64,000 bases of DNA from assembly GCF_004010195.1 (NCBI RefSeq), contig NC_057719.1:77578373-77642372 (forward strand), in the 5' to 3' direction. The number at the start of each line of letters is the position of its first letter. Positions within the stretch are counted from its first letter, which is position 1. The translations under genes and the position numbers were made by a program. A model generated the notes under the pieces. It was given only the letters and a program-made list of their open reading frames with translations. It had not been told where the DNA came from and searched no databases. The stretch is from Chiloscyllium plagiosum (taxonomy: Eukaryota). Positions 49,803-62,189 of this stretch are shown here, in pieces.

Positions 49803-50975
49803 CCATACACCAACTATTCTTTTGTTTAAGAAGTTGTTCAATTTCATGTTGAATTTATTGGTGTTGATATGACTCTGGTTTTTGATAAATAGAAACATTT
49901 TGTCAATGCCTATTCAATCAAGGCTCTTCACAATTTTAACAATCTCCATTAAATCACCTCTTGTGAGAGAATAGGAAACTACCTAGTTCAATATTTAATG
50001 GTAAGTATATCCTTTCAGTCCAACAAACTGACTTCATTCCACAAACCAATCCACTAACAAATCTCAAGAGAACAAATTCCTTCGAATCTTTTTTTTTCAA
50101 AACATTGTTCATATGTAGCTATAATATGAAACCAAAGTGTTAGGGTTTCGGTGTCAATCCTGGGTACATAATAACTGGGTTGTGTGGCAGAAAATAATAA
50201 GGATTGATTAGACAGTTATGAAAAGTGGAGTCAAGTATTGAGTCAGATACTAGGACTGGAAATCCTACTGTTTCTAACTTAGATAAAGGACCTGCATTCA
50301 GAAACTCAACATAAAATGTTCAAATGCTTGGAATAGGCAGTAATGGTAGCTGATATATCACTAAATGAACCGGATGTGTAAGCAAACAGAACAATGGCAA
50401 ATGAGATTTAACAGAGACAAATGAGAATAATAGAATAAGCAACATGGACTTAACAACTGGTGTTGGAATAGTTAATGTTGAAGCTGAAAGAGGGATAATA
50501 ATCTCACATCAATATTCAATGTTTCCACCCAATGTAGAGCATTAATTGTCAAAATCAACAGAATGTTAATTACATTGCAACAGCAATAGAATACGGGTCA
50601 AGGAAGTTGTGATCAACTGTGCAGAGCTCTTATTAACCGCAGCATTTTTGTACATTTCTGGTTGCCAAGAAACAAGGAAGGCATTGAAATGCTGGTGAAA
50701 ACACCCACAAATCCATTTCCAGTGCAAAGGATCTGAGTTCTGCACAAAGACTGGAGAAACCTGACTTTTCATCCTGCCTAAAGGGTGATCTTGCTGGAGA
50801 TTCCAAGATAGGGATGAATAATTAAACCAGGAGTATTATTACTTTGAGCTAAATGCTAAGAGTATACCCAAAAGACATTGATTTAAGCTAATAGAAGGTA
50901 AATTTAGAACTGAAATTAGGAAATGCCTCTTTACAGAACCCTTTTTATAAAATTGTGAATTCAGCACTTGACTTA

Positions 50976-51192
50976 CGAAATAACTACAAAGGTCAGTATC
51001 TCGTCACCAATTTACCCTTTATTCTGACTCTGACCAGCTAACTCAGAGCCAATGTCAAGAGTGATGCGACTCTCTCAGATTCCTGTTTATAGTTGTCAGC
51101 CAGAGCTCCCTGATTGACACAGGCTAACAGTCCCAATCAGGAATCTCATACTCTGTGCGATCCACCTGGCTAATCTTGTTCCAATCACTCCA
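50976..51192 (-). repeat. Solo LTR of Gypsy family 1
   Basis: Homologous to 22873-23093; 5-bp TSD ACTTA at 50971-50975 and 51193-51197. Confidence 0.88.
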
Positions 51193-51207
51193 ACTTATAA
51201 ATTTGCA

Positions 51208-51522
51208 CTTAAAAATGTGTTGCTGGAAAAGCGCAGCAGGTCAGGCAGCATCAAAGGAGAAGGAGAATCGACGTTTCGGGCATAAGCCCTTCTTCAGGAA
51301 TGAGGAGGGTGTGCCAAGCAGGCTAAGATAAAAGGTAGGGAAGAGGGACTTGGGGGAGGGGCGTTGGGAATGCGATAGGTGGAAGTAGGTTAAGGTGAGG
51401 GTGATAGGCCGGAGAGAGGGCGGGGGGTGTCCCAGAGGTGTTCTCTGAAACGTTCCGCAAGTAGGCGGCCTGTCTCTCCAATGTATAGGAGGCCACATCG
51501 GGTGCAGCGGATGCACTTTCTC
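51208..51522 (-). mobile_element. Penelope-like fragment: GIY-YIG motif, internal deletion, pLTR with hammerhead-like motif (51266-51301)
   Basis: CIRCTRCGLLYIGETGRLLAERFREHLWDT; 14-bp TSD cttataaatttgca (51194-51207, 51523-51536). Confidence 0.9.
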
Positions 51523-52023
51523 CTTATAAATTTGCAGTAAGGTGTCTCATGCCAGAGCTAGACATGGAAATTGAAATCTGCTATATTTATAAAGATGTCA
51601 ATATATGCTACTGGCAAAAGTCAGAAATGAAATTTGCCCTCATTAAAAGCAATAATTTGGACCTAATTAAGAAATTTGCTACCTGGAGATCCTTTCATTT
51701 GCATGTTCGTACACCTGATGTTACCATTTGAGAAACTGGCTGAAATACAGATATATAAATGAATCTCCAATCTCATTATGGTCGATCACTGGCAAGTTAC
51801 TTTAAGCCACTTGCAATGTTTGAAGCTATTTGTTTGAATAGGGCTAAGCTTTGATAGGACTTCAAAGTCCAAAGCTGTTAGACTATTGGTCATTAAGTAT
51901 TTTTAGTGCAGACGGAGTTTCTTATTATCAAGGAAATCAATGGTTGTCATCAGTATGTAGAAATATGGAATTCTAAACAAACAGATCAGCACTGATCTTA
52001 TTGAATGGTCCAGTGTCTGAATG

Positions 52024-52237
52024 TAGATTAGAGTGGTGCTGGAAAAGCACAGCAGGTCAGACAGCATCCGAGGAGCAGGAAAATCGACATTTCGGACAAA
52101 AGCCCTTCATTCCTGATGAAGGGCCTTTGCCTGAAACATCGCTTTTCTTGCTCCTCGGATGCTGCCTGACCTGCTGTGCTTTTCCAGCACCATTCTAATC
52201 TAGACTCTGATTTCCAGCATCTGCAGTCCTCACTTTT
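52024..52237. mobile_element. Fold-back Penelope pLTR insertion
   Basis: Inverted arms meet at gcccttcat/tcctgatgaagggc; 16-bp TSD gtccagtgtctgaatg (52008-52023, 52238-52253). Confidence 0.92.
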
Positions 52238-52554
52238 GTCCAGTGTCTGAATGGTCTGTTTCTGCTCCTATGCTTGTGTGTTCATAGTGTGCTAATGAGT
52301 ACTATATATTGTTCCATAGCAAGGAAAATACTGCAAGAATCAAATTTGACACAAGCAAAAGCTGAGATGCTGTATGTGCTAAAAATTAATCAAGTGCCAA
52401 TTTGAGAAATCAGGCTATATTTCAAATTGATAAGTCTTCAGAAATGGATTGGAAACATCTAATAGTGCTGAGGTAAGTAAAGGTGAAAATTGTGAACGTA
52501 CTTGTCCAGTTCTCCTAAGAAATGGAAATGACGTTAAAAGACTTGGAGAATTTC

Positions 52555-53900
52555 TTTTAAAAATTCTTTCATGGGATGTGGACATCACTGGCAAAGGCAG
52601 CATTTGTTACCCATCCTCAATCACCTTTGTCAGGGTGATGGTGAGCTACCTTTTTGAGCCACTGCTAGCCATGTGGTGTAGGTATATCCACAGTGCTGTT
52701 GGGGAAGGAGTTCGAGGAGTTTGACCCACTAAGAAGTCAGTGAGAAGGAATGGCTACATAATGCCAAGTCAGGATGGTGGGTGGTTTGGAGGAGAATTTG
52801 CAGGTGGTGATGTTTCTTTGCGTCTAATGTTCTTGTCTTCTTGAGAGTGAAGCTCACTGATTTGGAAGGTGCTGTTGAAGGAAATTTGGTGACTTCTTAC
52901 AATATGTCTTTTACATTGTATGCACTTCTGCCATTATGCATTAGTGGGGGATGGAGTGCCAAAGAAGCAGATAACCTTCTCCCAAGTGGTGCTAAAATGC
53001 AAGCCAGTGTTGTTAGGACTGCAGTCGTAGAGGCAAGAGGGTCTATTCCCCCACATCACTGGCTTGCATTTTGGAGATATTGGAAAGGCTTTAAGGAATC
53101 AGGAGATGGGTTACAGATGTTAGAATTCCATGTCTCTGATCAGTTGTTGGGGTCACTGTTGCAGTATTTATATGGCAGATCAGTTCAGTTCCTTGACAAT
53201 AATAGTGGAGATTCAATGATGAAAATGCCAATGAATGACAAGAGGAAATGTTTAGATTCTCTGTTGCTGGAAGTGGTCATGGTCTGCATTTATGTGGCAT
53301 AGATGTTATAACCTTGCACTTAGCCTGAATTTAAATTTTGTCCGGATCTGAGCACAGATAGACACAGACTGCTTCAGTACCTGCAAAGTTTCAAATGGGA
53401 ATCAAGTATCCCGACCTCTAGATATTTTTAATCAACCTGCTTAGCTGTGTTTTAACACACCTCTGAAACAGGTTAGATTTGAACTCAAGCCTTATGGTCC
53501 AGAGGTAGTAACACTACCACTACCACTACCACTGCACTACAATAGCTCTACTAAAGTTATAACTACAAGTACAAGCCCACTTCACATTCCCCACTTCGAA
53601 CCCTATGAGAGAGGGTAGATAATTGATGACCCAGCTGGAGAGAAATGGTTGGGTTAATTATATTACCCTTAGGAGCCTTTGCAGTGATGTCCTGGGATTG
53701 AAATGACTAACCTCTGACAATCGCAACCATCCTTCTTTGTACTAGATAGGACTCCAACCAGAGGGTAGTTTTCTCTCTGATTGTTATCAGCATTCATATT
53801 TCCAGGGCTCCCTGATGCCACATTTAGACAATTGCTGCCTTGATGTCAAGAACAGTCGCTTTCACCTCCCCTCTTGAATTTAGTTCTTTTGGCCAAAATA
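52555..53900 (-). mobile_element. Old CR1/L2-clade LINE fragment
   Basis: catgggatgtggacatcactggcaaaggcagcattt 3' end; collinear with 40605-41820. Confidence 0.65.
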
Positions 53901-56900
53901 AAATGAAGAGATAAGTGGCCCATGGTAGAAACAAGGGAGGAATGTTTTTAAGACTTGGTAAATACAAGCATAAATAATTCATGAAAAAATAGGTTATTTC
54001 ATGTATCCACGTTAATAAAATATTTTGTTTCCCATGTCAATTAAGTATGTACTTCTGTTTTGTGCCTCAAAGGAATAAATGCATGCAAGATTCGAGAAAG
54101 TGATTGAAAATTTGGAGTGTTCATTTTCTTTTTGTTTGATTTCCTATTACATTACCATCTTAAGTAGTGCACCATATGAATTATGCCATCTTTTGATACT
54201 CTTTCTTCTATACCTATAGAAACTGCAAAACAATATACATTATGCATAGGTTCTGTTACCTATTGTGGTGCACGTCCACGTATTGATATTGGGCACCAAA
54301 GTTCAACCCTCACAAGGAGGGAAAAAAAACCAAGGAGGTAATTGAGAACGGTGGCAGTGGTGTGGGAAGATAAAGATGATAATGGTAAGGGAGGAACAAA
54401 ATGCAGAGTGCAAAATTAAGATCTGAAAAGTATAGAGGGCATTGCATTGGAGTAAATCGAAGGGAATATAGATCCATGGGGGAGAGAAAGGTAGTGAGCA
54501 TTAGACCTTTAACTAAAGAAAGAGAAAATAAACTGCATTTAATCTGTGCCACCAGTGGATATTTTAAAGTGCTTTACAGTTAATGAAGCATTTTTTGAAA
54601 CTATTATAATGTTGGAAAGATGACAGCTAATTGGTGCACAGCAAGCTCCCATTTATTTATCATGTGATTTTGTGCAGTTGGTTGGCTGGATCTGAAGCTT
54701 GTAGAAATCTTACTTGCACTGTACACACGAAGAATAAACTATAGTTTGCTAATGTGGGGGGATCACCAAGAAGTGAGATAGCAATTTGAATAAATGCATT
54801 AGACATTATGCACGTACATTAAATTGAATGATGAATTTTCTTCAGTACTAGATGCAAATTAAAAACAATTATGCTATTTAAGATCAATGGAGGGAAAGTG
54901 TGAATGTGACCCAGCAGAGAAAATAATGTTTGATGGTTTTTAAGAGCCAGAATGGGCCCTTTCTTGGTAATATTTCCACAAGGCTGCAGCACTCCACTTA
55001 CAGCAGTTCTCAGCATAATACTGTGCTGGGATGATTCATTTCAAGAGACATAAGGTGCGTAGGCGGAAAGAACTCCAAGTCTCTCAGCTGCTTTTTTTTA
55101 AAATGTTTTAGTCTTCTAAATATGGTTTGACAATATTGTATATATTACTGAAGAATAAATGCAATCCTGATTTTTAATTTAAAAATGTTGAGAGGGAAAT
55201 GTGATGATATTTAGACAGGGAGAATATGATTTCATGTTTCAATCAAAATGGCATCACTACACTTTTAATATGAAATGTGAGTTAAATATCATGAAGTATT
55301 CATAGATGTCATTTTAGCCAAGTCATGGAAAAAAAAATTCAGATAAATTTTACCCCACAAGATAAAAGGTGATGGGGAAGAAAATTGAGTAAGGGGATTG
55401 CCCAGTGTGATTAATCTACGTTCATTCCTTCCAATGCAGATAAATTGTGCTGTCTGCCAATTTGAACGATGCTTGCAGGTAGCCCAGCACTAAACACGCT
55501 GTTGAGTGAGTGCATGCCTCAGCAGGGTGTCCATGTCTATATGAGGCTGGCACACTCAAAGGTATCCTGCACTATTTAAAGACAATCTGCATTTGTTAAA
55601 GGCATGGTGCCTTGTGGATGCTGCAGGAACTGGGTTCCAGAACTGTTCTTGAGCAGGAAGAGTAGTGTAAACAGTACATGAAAATAGACAGCATTCTCCA
55701 AAGTTCTCTGACGCAACATTGGTGGCCTTGGTGCAGGTAGTGGACAAAAGGAGCGAGGTCATTTACCCACTGGCAGACAATAGAAGCCCTGCAGGACAGA
55801 GACACAGAAGTGGGAGCAAACAACCTTCACAGCAGGCTAGTCTCAATGCCCTGAATGCAGTGCAACAAGGAGCTTAATAGCTACATACTTATGACCAAGG
55901 TCAGTACGTGTATTTAATCTGCGACCACCACATGCTGCTCCATCCACCTGTCCTGTTCATTCACCTACTGACATTATCGATTAAGCACAACTCATATATA
56001 ATATGTATAGGCTCTCCTGTTCCTTGTATATTTAATACTGCTGCAAGTGTCACACACCCCTCTCTTTCCTTACACACACTTCCAGCTATTCAACTATGCC
56101 ATTCGTCATACTCCAACCCTTAGCACCATTCATTGACTCAAGTTTTTCTCTCTCTCTGTCTTGCACAACCACAGTCAGCAAATCATAAGTGGCTGGGGAC
56201 ACATGGTGCCCACTGCCCTCAAAACCATGGAAGAGATGGTGTTACCATCCTTGGCGTGGTCACAGCTGAGGCCGTGACTGGGATATTGAGGCTGGGATAT
56301 AAAGCATGAGGAGGGCAAAAGGGTAGCACCAGTTCCACTGAGGAGACACATTCTGCTATAGAGGGCTCAGAATAAGATGTTGATGTAGCAGGGTACAGAA
56401 AAGCAAGTAAAATGAAATGTTTGGTGAATTTAGAGGCCTACCCATGCCTGTTATACTCAAGGATCAAGGAGGAGCCGAGCACCAAATTGGCACAGTTGTA
56501 CATACAGAGTTTGGAGATTATCCTTTCCAGCAAGGAACTAGGTAATCAACTTCATTATTACATTATTGCATCAACTTGCTGCCATAGAGGTAGAGACTGT
56601 TATTATGTAAACTCAATTTGCCAATGCCATGACTGCGGACACCAATACTCAAAGGTTCTTGCAAGACCACACGGCCTTTTGGAACAGATTACAAAGTTGC
56701 TCAAGTACCACATTGAGGAGTAATGTGACTCCATGGAGAACCTGGTTGCTTGCTCCTCTTCGGATGGAAGTATTTTTTCTTCCATATTGTGAGCTGTTGC
56801 CTAGCAGCCAATACATATGGCTGCCCTCAATGTCAAGATAATTCAGTCTGAAATCAAACATTCTAGGGCTAATGCTGTTCATGAACATACTGCAGAGCGA

Positions 56901-57547
56901 TATGTTGCTTCCCCCAATGGAATTCAGCAGCTTTTCACCAGACACACTGCAGACAATGGGACAACAATTGCGCAACAGCGTTGAGATAGGTAAAGGTGCA
57001 GGAAAGACAGGCCTTAATTAAATAATGCACAAGAGTGATATGTTGATTAGTTGCATGCATTGAACTTTTCTTTAATCCATTTTGGAAAGCTTATTTTGTG
57101 TTGTCTTTTATTTATGCTTTGTGGCCAAGAGGATCTTGTGGAGTTCAATAATAAAGGGAGGGGGTTGTTGTTGAATATGATGTTTGTTGTGTTGGGTCAT
57201 GGTCATGAAAGAGTTCATGTCTGAGGTATGCTCAGTTCTGCACAGTCTCCTAATGTCACACAGCCTCTGGGTAGAAAATCAGTTGGACTCTGCCACAGTT
57301 TCCAGATGAATGCACATGTCTTGTCTAATAGTTAACCTCCCTAAGTGTTAATGTAATAAACTACATTTGTTCCCTATACCTCTTCTGCTGAAACTTATCT
57401 GTGGTCCATCCTCTAGATCCTTCATCTTATTGAATAGCCCTTTAGACTAGCATAGGAAGAATTGGGTTGATGTTACTTTTTTCAAAATTTATTTATGGGA
57501 TGTGCCAAGGTCAGGTCTTACCACCATTACTTAAGGAGTGTAATGGA

Positions 57548-58430
57548 ACAGAGGGACCTTGGAGTTCTCTGAAAGTGGAGTCACAGGTAGATAGGGCAGT
57601 GAAGAAGGCTTTTGGCACATTGGCCTTCAACAGTCAGGGCATTGAGGAGAGAAGTTGGGAAGTTATGTTGCAGTTATACAGGGCATTGATGAGGCTACAC
57701 TTGGAGTATTGTGTTCAGTTTTTGTCATCTTACTATCAGAAGGATGTTTTTAAACTGGAAAGAATATAGAAGAAATTTACAAGGATATTGCCAGGACTCA
57801 ATGGTCTGAGTTATAGAGAGGGGTTGGACAAGCTAGAACTTTTTTCTTTACAGCATAGGAGACTGAGGGGGGATACCTTCTAGAAATGTATAAGATCATG
57901 AGAGACATGGATAGGGTGAATGCACTCAGACTTTTTCTCAGGGTTGGGGAATCAAGGACTAGAGGGCATCATTTTATGGTTATGGGGAAGAATAAAAGGG
58001 AAGTTGAGGGACAACTTTTTAACACAGTGGGTGATATCACATGTGAAATGAGCTGCCAGTGGAAGTCATTGAGGCAGGTACCTTAACAACATTTAAAAAG
58101 CATTTGGACAAATACAGAGGAACCTCGATTATACAAACATCAATTGTCTGAATTTTGGATTATCCAGCAAGATCACAAGGCCCCACTGCTTGGCTAAACT
58201 ATGTTATCTGGCATTCAATTATCCGAACATTCGATTATCCGAACAGAATACTCCCCGTCCGTGTCGTTCGAATAATCGAGTATCCTCTGTACATGGAGAG
58301 GAGAGTTTTAGAAGTATATGGCCCAGGTGCAGGGAAGTGGGGTTAGTGTGGATGGACATTTTGGTCAGCATGGACCAGTTTGGGCTAAAGGGCCTGTCTC
58401 TGTGCTGTCGGACTCTATGACTCTATAACT
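57548..58430 (+). mobile_element. CR1 LINE 3' fragment
   Basis: SLKVESQVDRAVKKAFG..LYRALMRLHLEYCVQF; (actctat)n tail. Confidence 0.9.
58115..58289. mobile_element. 175-bp MITE, Tc1/mariner-superfamily (pogo/Tigger-like) type
   Basis: TA TSD (58113-58114, 58290-58291); ~24-bp TIRs cagaggaacctcgattatacaaac / gttcgaataatcgagtatcctctg; removing it restores the CR1 sequence ttggacaaaTAcatgga. Confidence 0.9.
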
Positions 58431-59257
58431 CTCTATTACTCTATCTCTAATTGCTCCAGAGGAAGTGTTACTGGGATTGCATCCAAATGAGTCATGTTTA
58501 ACCATCTGGTATAAAGGGCTGTTTTTGTTGCCTCTTCCCTTCTTCTCCTCTTCTTCATTTTTCTCTTCCCTAGTTGTTTGCTACATACCTGATATCAGGA
58601 GTTGCTGTCTCTTAATGGCAAGGGTGTGCATCATAGAGCAGATCACACTCAGCTTGAAACACACACTATTGGGTATATAGGACTCCTCCAGAGTAATTTA
58701 GTCACTGGAAGGATTTTTTCAGTCCCATTATTCTGTTTTAGCACATTTCTTATGGGTGCGTGGCTTTCCTATTCTGCCCACTTCTGCATGATTTGGGCAC
58801 TGGAAACATGAGTCATGTCATTAAGGAACGTACTTAGTAGCCTATCACTGGTTGTCAAATGCAGATGGAACAGCAGGCTGATGCTATATTATCAGATATT
58901 GACTAGCATGATAAACTGTGGATAATTGTATACTAACTGAACGTTGGGGATCTAGTTAAAATACGTCCCAGGGTTGACATAAAATCAGAACACAGTTGGT
59001 AGGATAACCTGTACAATGGAGAACCCAGCAATCTTTGAGAAATTGTTCTCTGACTCTGCATCCTTAAGGACTGAATTGTATTCAGCTGTCTTTAATTTCA
59101 GAGCTTCAATTACCTCCCTTATTCAACAATGAATGATACACTGGAAGGTGCTGCAAATATCACTTGCTGTAGCTTTGAAGGAGCCTGACATATAATCTTC
59201 ATAACTTACTGGCCATGCCTTCCTCACCCTGCTTTGAGATTGTTCTTGAAGCTGAAG

Positions 59258-60200
59258 CATAGAGTCAGAGAGATGTCCAGCACAGAAACAGACCCTTCGG
59301 TCTAACTCCTCCATGCCAACTAGATATCCTAAACTGATCTAATCCCATTTGCCAGCATTTGGCCCATAACTCTCTAGACCCTTCCTATTCATATACCCAT
59401 CCGGATGCCTTTTAAATGTAATTGTACCAGCCTTCGGCACTGCCTCTGGCAGCTCATTCCATACATGCAGCATCCTCTGCGGGAAAAAGTGGAGGTCTCT
59501 TTCTCCTGTCACCTTAAAGCTATGCCTTCTAATTTTGGACTTCCCTACCCAGGGGAAAAGGCCTTGGCTATTTATCCTATCCATACCCGTCATGATTTTA
59601 TAAACTTCTATAAGGCCACCTGTCAGCCTCCGACGCTTCAGGAAAACAAAACCCCGTACATTCAGCCTCTCCCTGTAGCCCACACTGTGTTATATAGCCG
59701 TAACTCCTGTACTTAATGCACTGAATATTGAAGGCAAGCTTACCAAATACCTTTTTCACCACCCTGTCTAACTGTGACTCCACCTTCAAGGAACTATGCA
59801 CCTGCATCCCTCGGTCTCTTTGTACAGCAACTCTCTCCAGGACCCTATTGGTTTAGCTCAGTTGGCTGGATTGTTGGTTTGCAGAACAGTGTAATGCCAA
59901 CAGCATGGGTTCAATTCTCATCACTGGTTTGAGGTTACCATGAAGGACTCTCCTTCTCAACTTCTTCCCTCACCTGAGGTCTGGTGGCCCTCAGGTTAAA
60001 TCACCACCAGTCACTTCTCTCTAATAAGAGAGCAGCCCCTATGGTCTGTTAAGACAATGGCAACTCACCAACCAACCAACCAGGGCTCTAGCATTTACAG
60101 TAGAAGTCCTGCCCTGATTTGCCTTACCAAAATGCAACACATCACATTTGTCTAAATAAAACTCCATCTGCCACTCCTCGGTCCTTGTCCATTTGATCAA
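59258..60200 (-). mobile_element. CR1/HER1-like fragment split by a SINE
   Basis: WNELPEAVPKAG; VHSSLKVESQLDRVVKK; WQMEFYLDKCDVLHFGKANQGRT. Confidence 0.9.
59848..60066 (+). mobile_element. tRNA-derived SINE, third family, nested in CR1
   Basis: A-box tagctcagttgg, B-box gggttcaattc, (ccaa)n tail, flanks ccaggacccta/ccagggctcta. Confidence 0.75.
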
Positions 60201-61814
60201 GGACCCATTATATTCTGGGTTAACCTGTACTGAAACAGAAACAGTGAGGACTTCTTTCCTGAAATGCAAATGTCTGACACAATGGATGGATTTTAATGCT
60301 CCCACAGAGATTATGGTGTCTCTTATTGTCAGGTCATCAGTGTCCAATCAAATGTCAGATTACACAGGGAGCTGAAGATCCCTGCTTAGTGAGCAATAAG
60401 AGCAAGCAGCCTCTGGAGCAGTCTACTACAGATACCTACATCCTGAGATACTCCAGACTGATGTTGCAGTATGTCTGTATTAGTATTTGCTTATAAGGAT
60501 CAGATAGCACACTTTGGAGATTACTCCCTGCGTACAGGATAATGTCCTTGACAGCATGGTCTACATGGGAAGTGTCAGTTGAAGTTAAAAAGTATGTTAG
60601 AGAGGAAAAAACTACATCCACAATGTCAAAAAACCTGGGGCATTTTGCGGCTTGTGACTCTTGAGGGTATCGCTGTCATTTCAAATCATGCCAAATCCAA
60701 TCTCTCACATTTTCCACTAAGAACAAATGGATAAGGAATAGGAACCTAGCTATTTTTCCTATCATATCATGAAAGTATTTATTTTTACTTCTTTGTTTTA
60801 ATTATGTAATCAATTAATTAAAAAAAACTTAAGACAGTTGATTGGAAATCTATATTTCACTCTTTGAATAATCAAGTGGTACCGAAAATTGATGTATCAG
60901 TAGCTTGTTGGTTTTCAGAATTCAAAGTGGTAAAACTTATCAACTCTTTTGCAAGCAATAAATTACAGTAAATGAAAATTGTATGACAGTAATACATGGT
61001 AGGTAGCTAGCATTTCTGATTATGGTTACATGATCTTACAGACAGTTAATTTGTTATAAGTGATGTGTTGGCTGACTCACTGATGAATTAACTGACAAAC
61101 AAAATGAAAAGCAGTAGGCAAAGGTCTTTTATACACAAAAACACAATAATTGGCCCATTGCTTTTGATAGAGGCATAAAAATAGGTAAGGTAAATCTCAG
61201 AAAGAAAACTTAACACCTTGCGCTGAAGTTCAATCATGTACAAATGTCCTTCCAACCTGTCATAATTATGTGACCTTTGCCATGAGGGACCCCTGCTGAC
61301 AGCCATCTTATAACCAAGAAACAAAACAAGCGCAATTGCTGTCCTCTGAACTTGTAACATGGTGTCAGAGTGGATTTGAGATTGAAGAGATCATCTGAAG
61401 AGGTGAATAGAAATACAGCTTTAAAAAGAGGACTATGGGAATATTCAGATCTGATGAAAACAGCTAAAAACCACAGGAAAGGAGCAAGTAAACAGGCTGC
61501 TGCTGAAAGCATTGGGTAAGACATAACAGTTGCAGATGTTCCTTTCCCAGTCCTGGTTAAAATGGAAAGTAGTGTCAAGCAGAACTGCCTGGCAGTTTTT
61601 CCACTCACAATGATAAACTTATAAAATTGCAATAGCTTTGATAAACACACCAGAGCAGCTATGAGTAGCTGTTGTTTTATTGCCGGGGAGAGACTGTAAC
61701 TAAGTGTTTTCCATGCCAAATTTCAGCAAAGAACAACAGAAAAAAAATAGGCTGCACCTTTGAAAGCCTTGAAGGTGAATGTAGCTTATGAACAGTGTGG
61801 GCAGAATCTTATAG

Positions 61815-62188
61815 GGTACCTGGTGGAAGTTTATAAAATAATGAGGGATATTGATAGAGTTAACAGTAGTTGTCTTTTCCCTAGGATGGGGAAGTTCGAA
61901 ACTAGGGGGCACATTTTTATGTTGAGAGGAGAGAGATTTAAATAAGACATAATGGACAAATATTTTACACAAAAGGTAGATCACATATGGAATGAGCTGC
62001 CTGAGAAAGTGGTGGATGCGGGAACAATTACAATGTTTAAAAGACATTTGGATAAGTACATGAGTAGGAAAGGTTTGGAGGGATATGGGCAGGTGGGACT
62101 AGTTGAGTTTGGGATTATGTTCAGCATGGACTGGTTGGACCGAACAGTCTGTTTTCATGCTGTATGACAATGACACTATGACTCTATG
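61815..62188 (+). mobile_element. CR1 3' fragment
   Basis: LVEVYKIMRDIDRV..IWNELPEKVVDAGTITMFKRHLDKYM. Confidence 0.9.
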
Positions 62189-62189
62189 T

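Larger units (their letters stand above)
55340..58970 (+). mobile_element. Decayed Harbinger-like element of a second subfamily (copy D); boundaries approximate
   Basis: Myb/SANT relic SPKFSDATLVALVQVVDKRSEVIYP..KWEQ..MQCNKELN followed by a splice-donor-like aag/gtcagt at 55692-55905. Confidence 0.5.

Noticed and set aside
49612..49872. Near-identical proteins encoded on both strands
   Set aside because: A trivial consequence of the perfect palindrome; the pLTR is non-coding
60332..60468. Plus-strand open exon-like segment
   Set aside because: Mediocre splice sites and no recognisable homology
61234..61719. 161-aa ORF as a CDS
   Set aside because: No recognisable domain or gene context; not supportable from sequence alone
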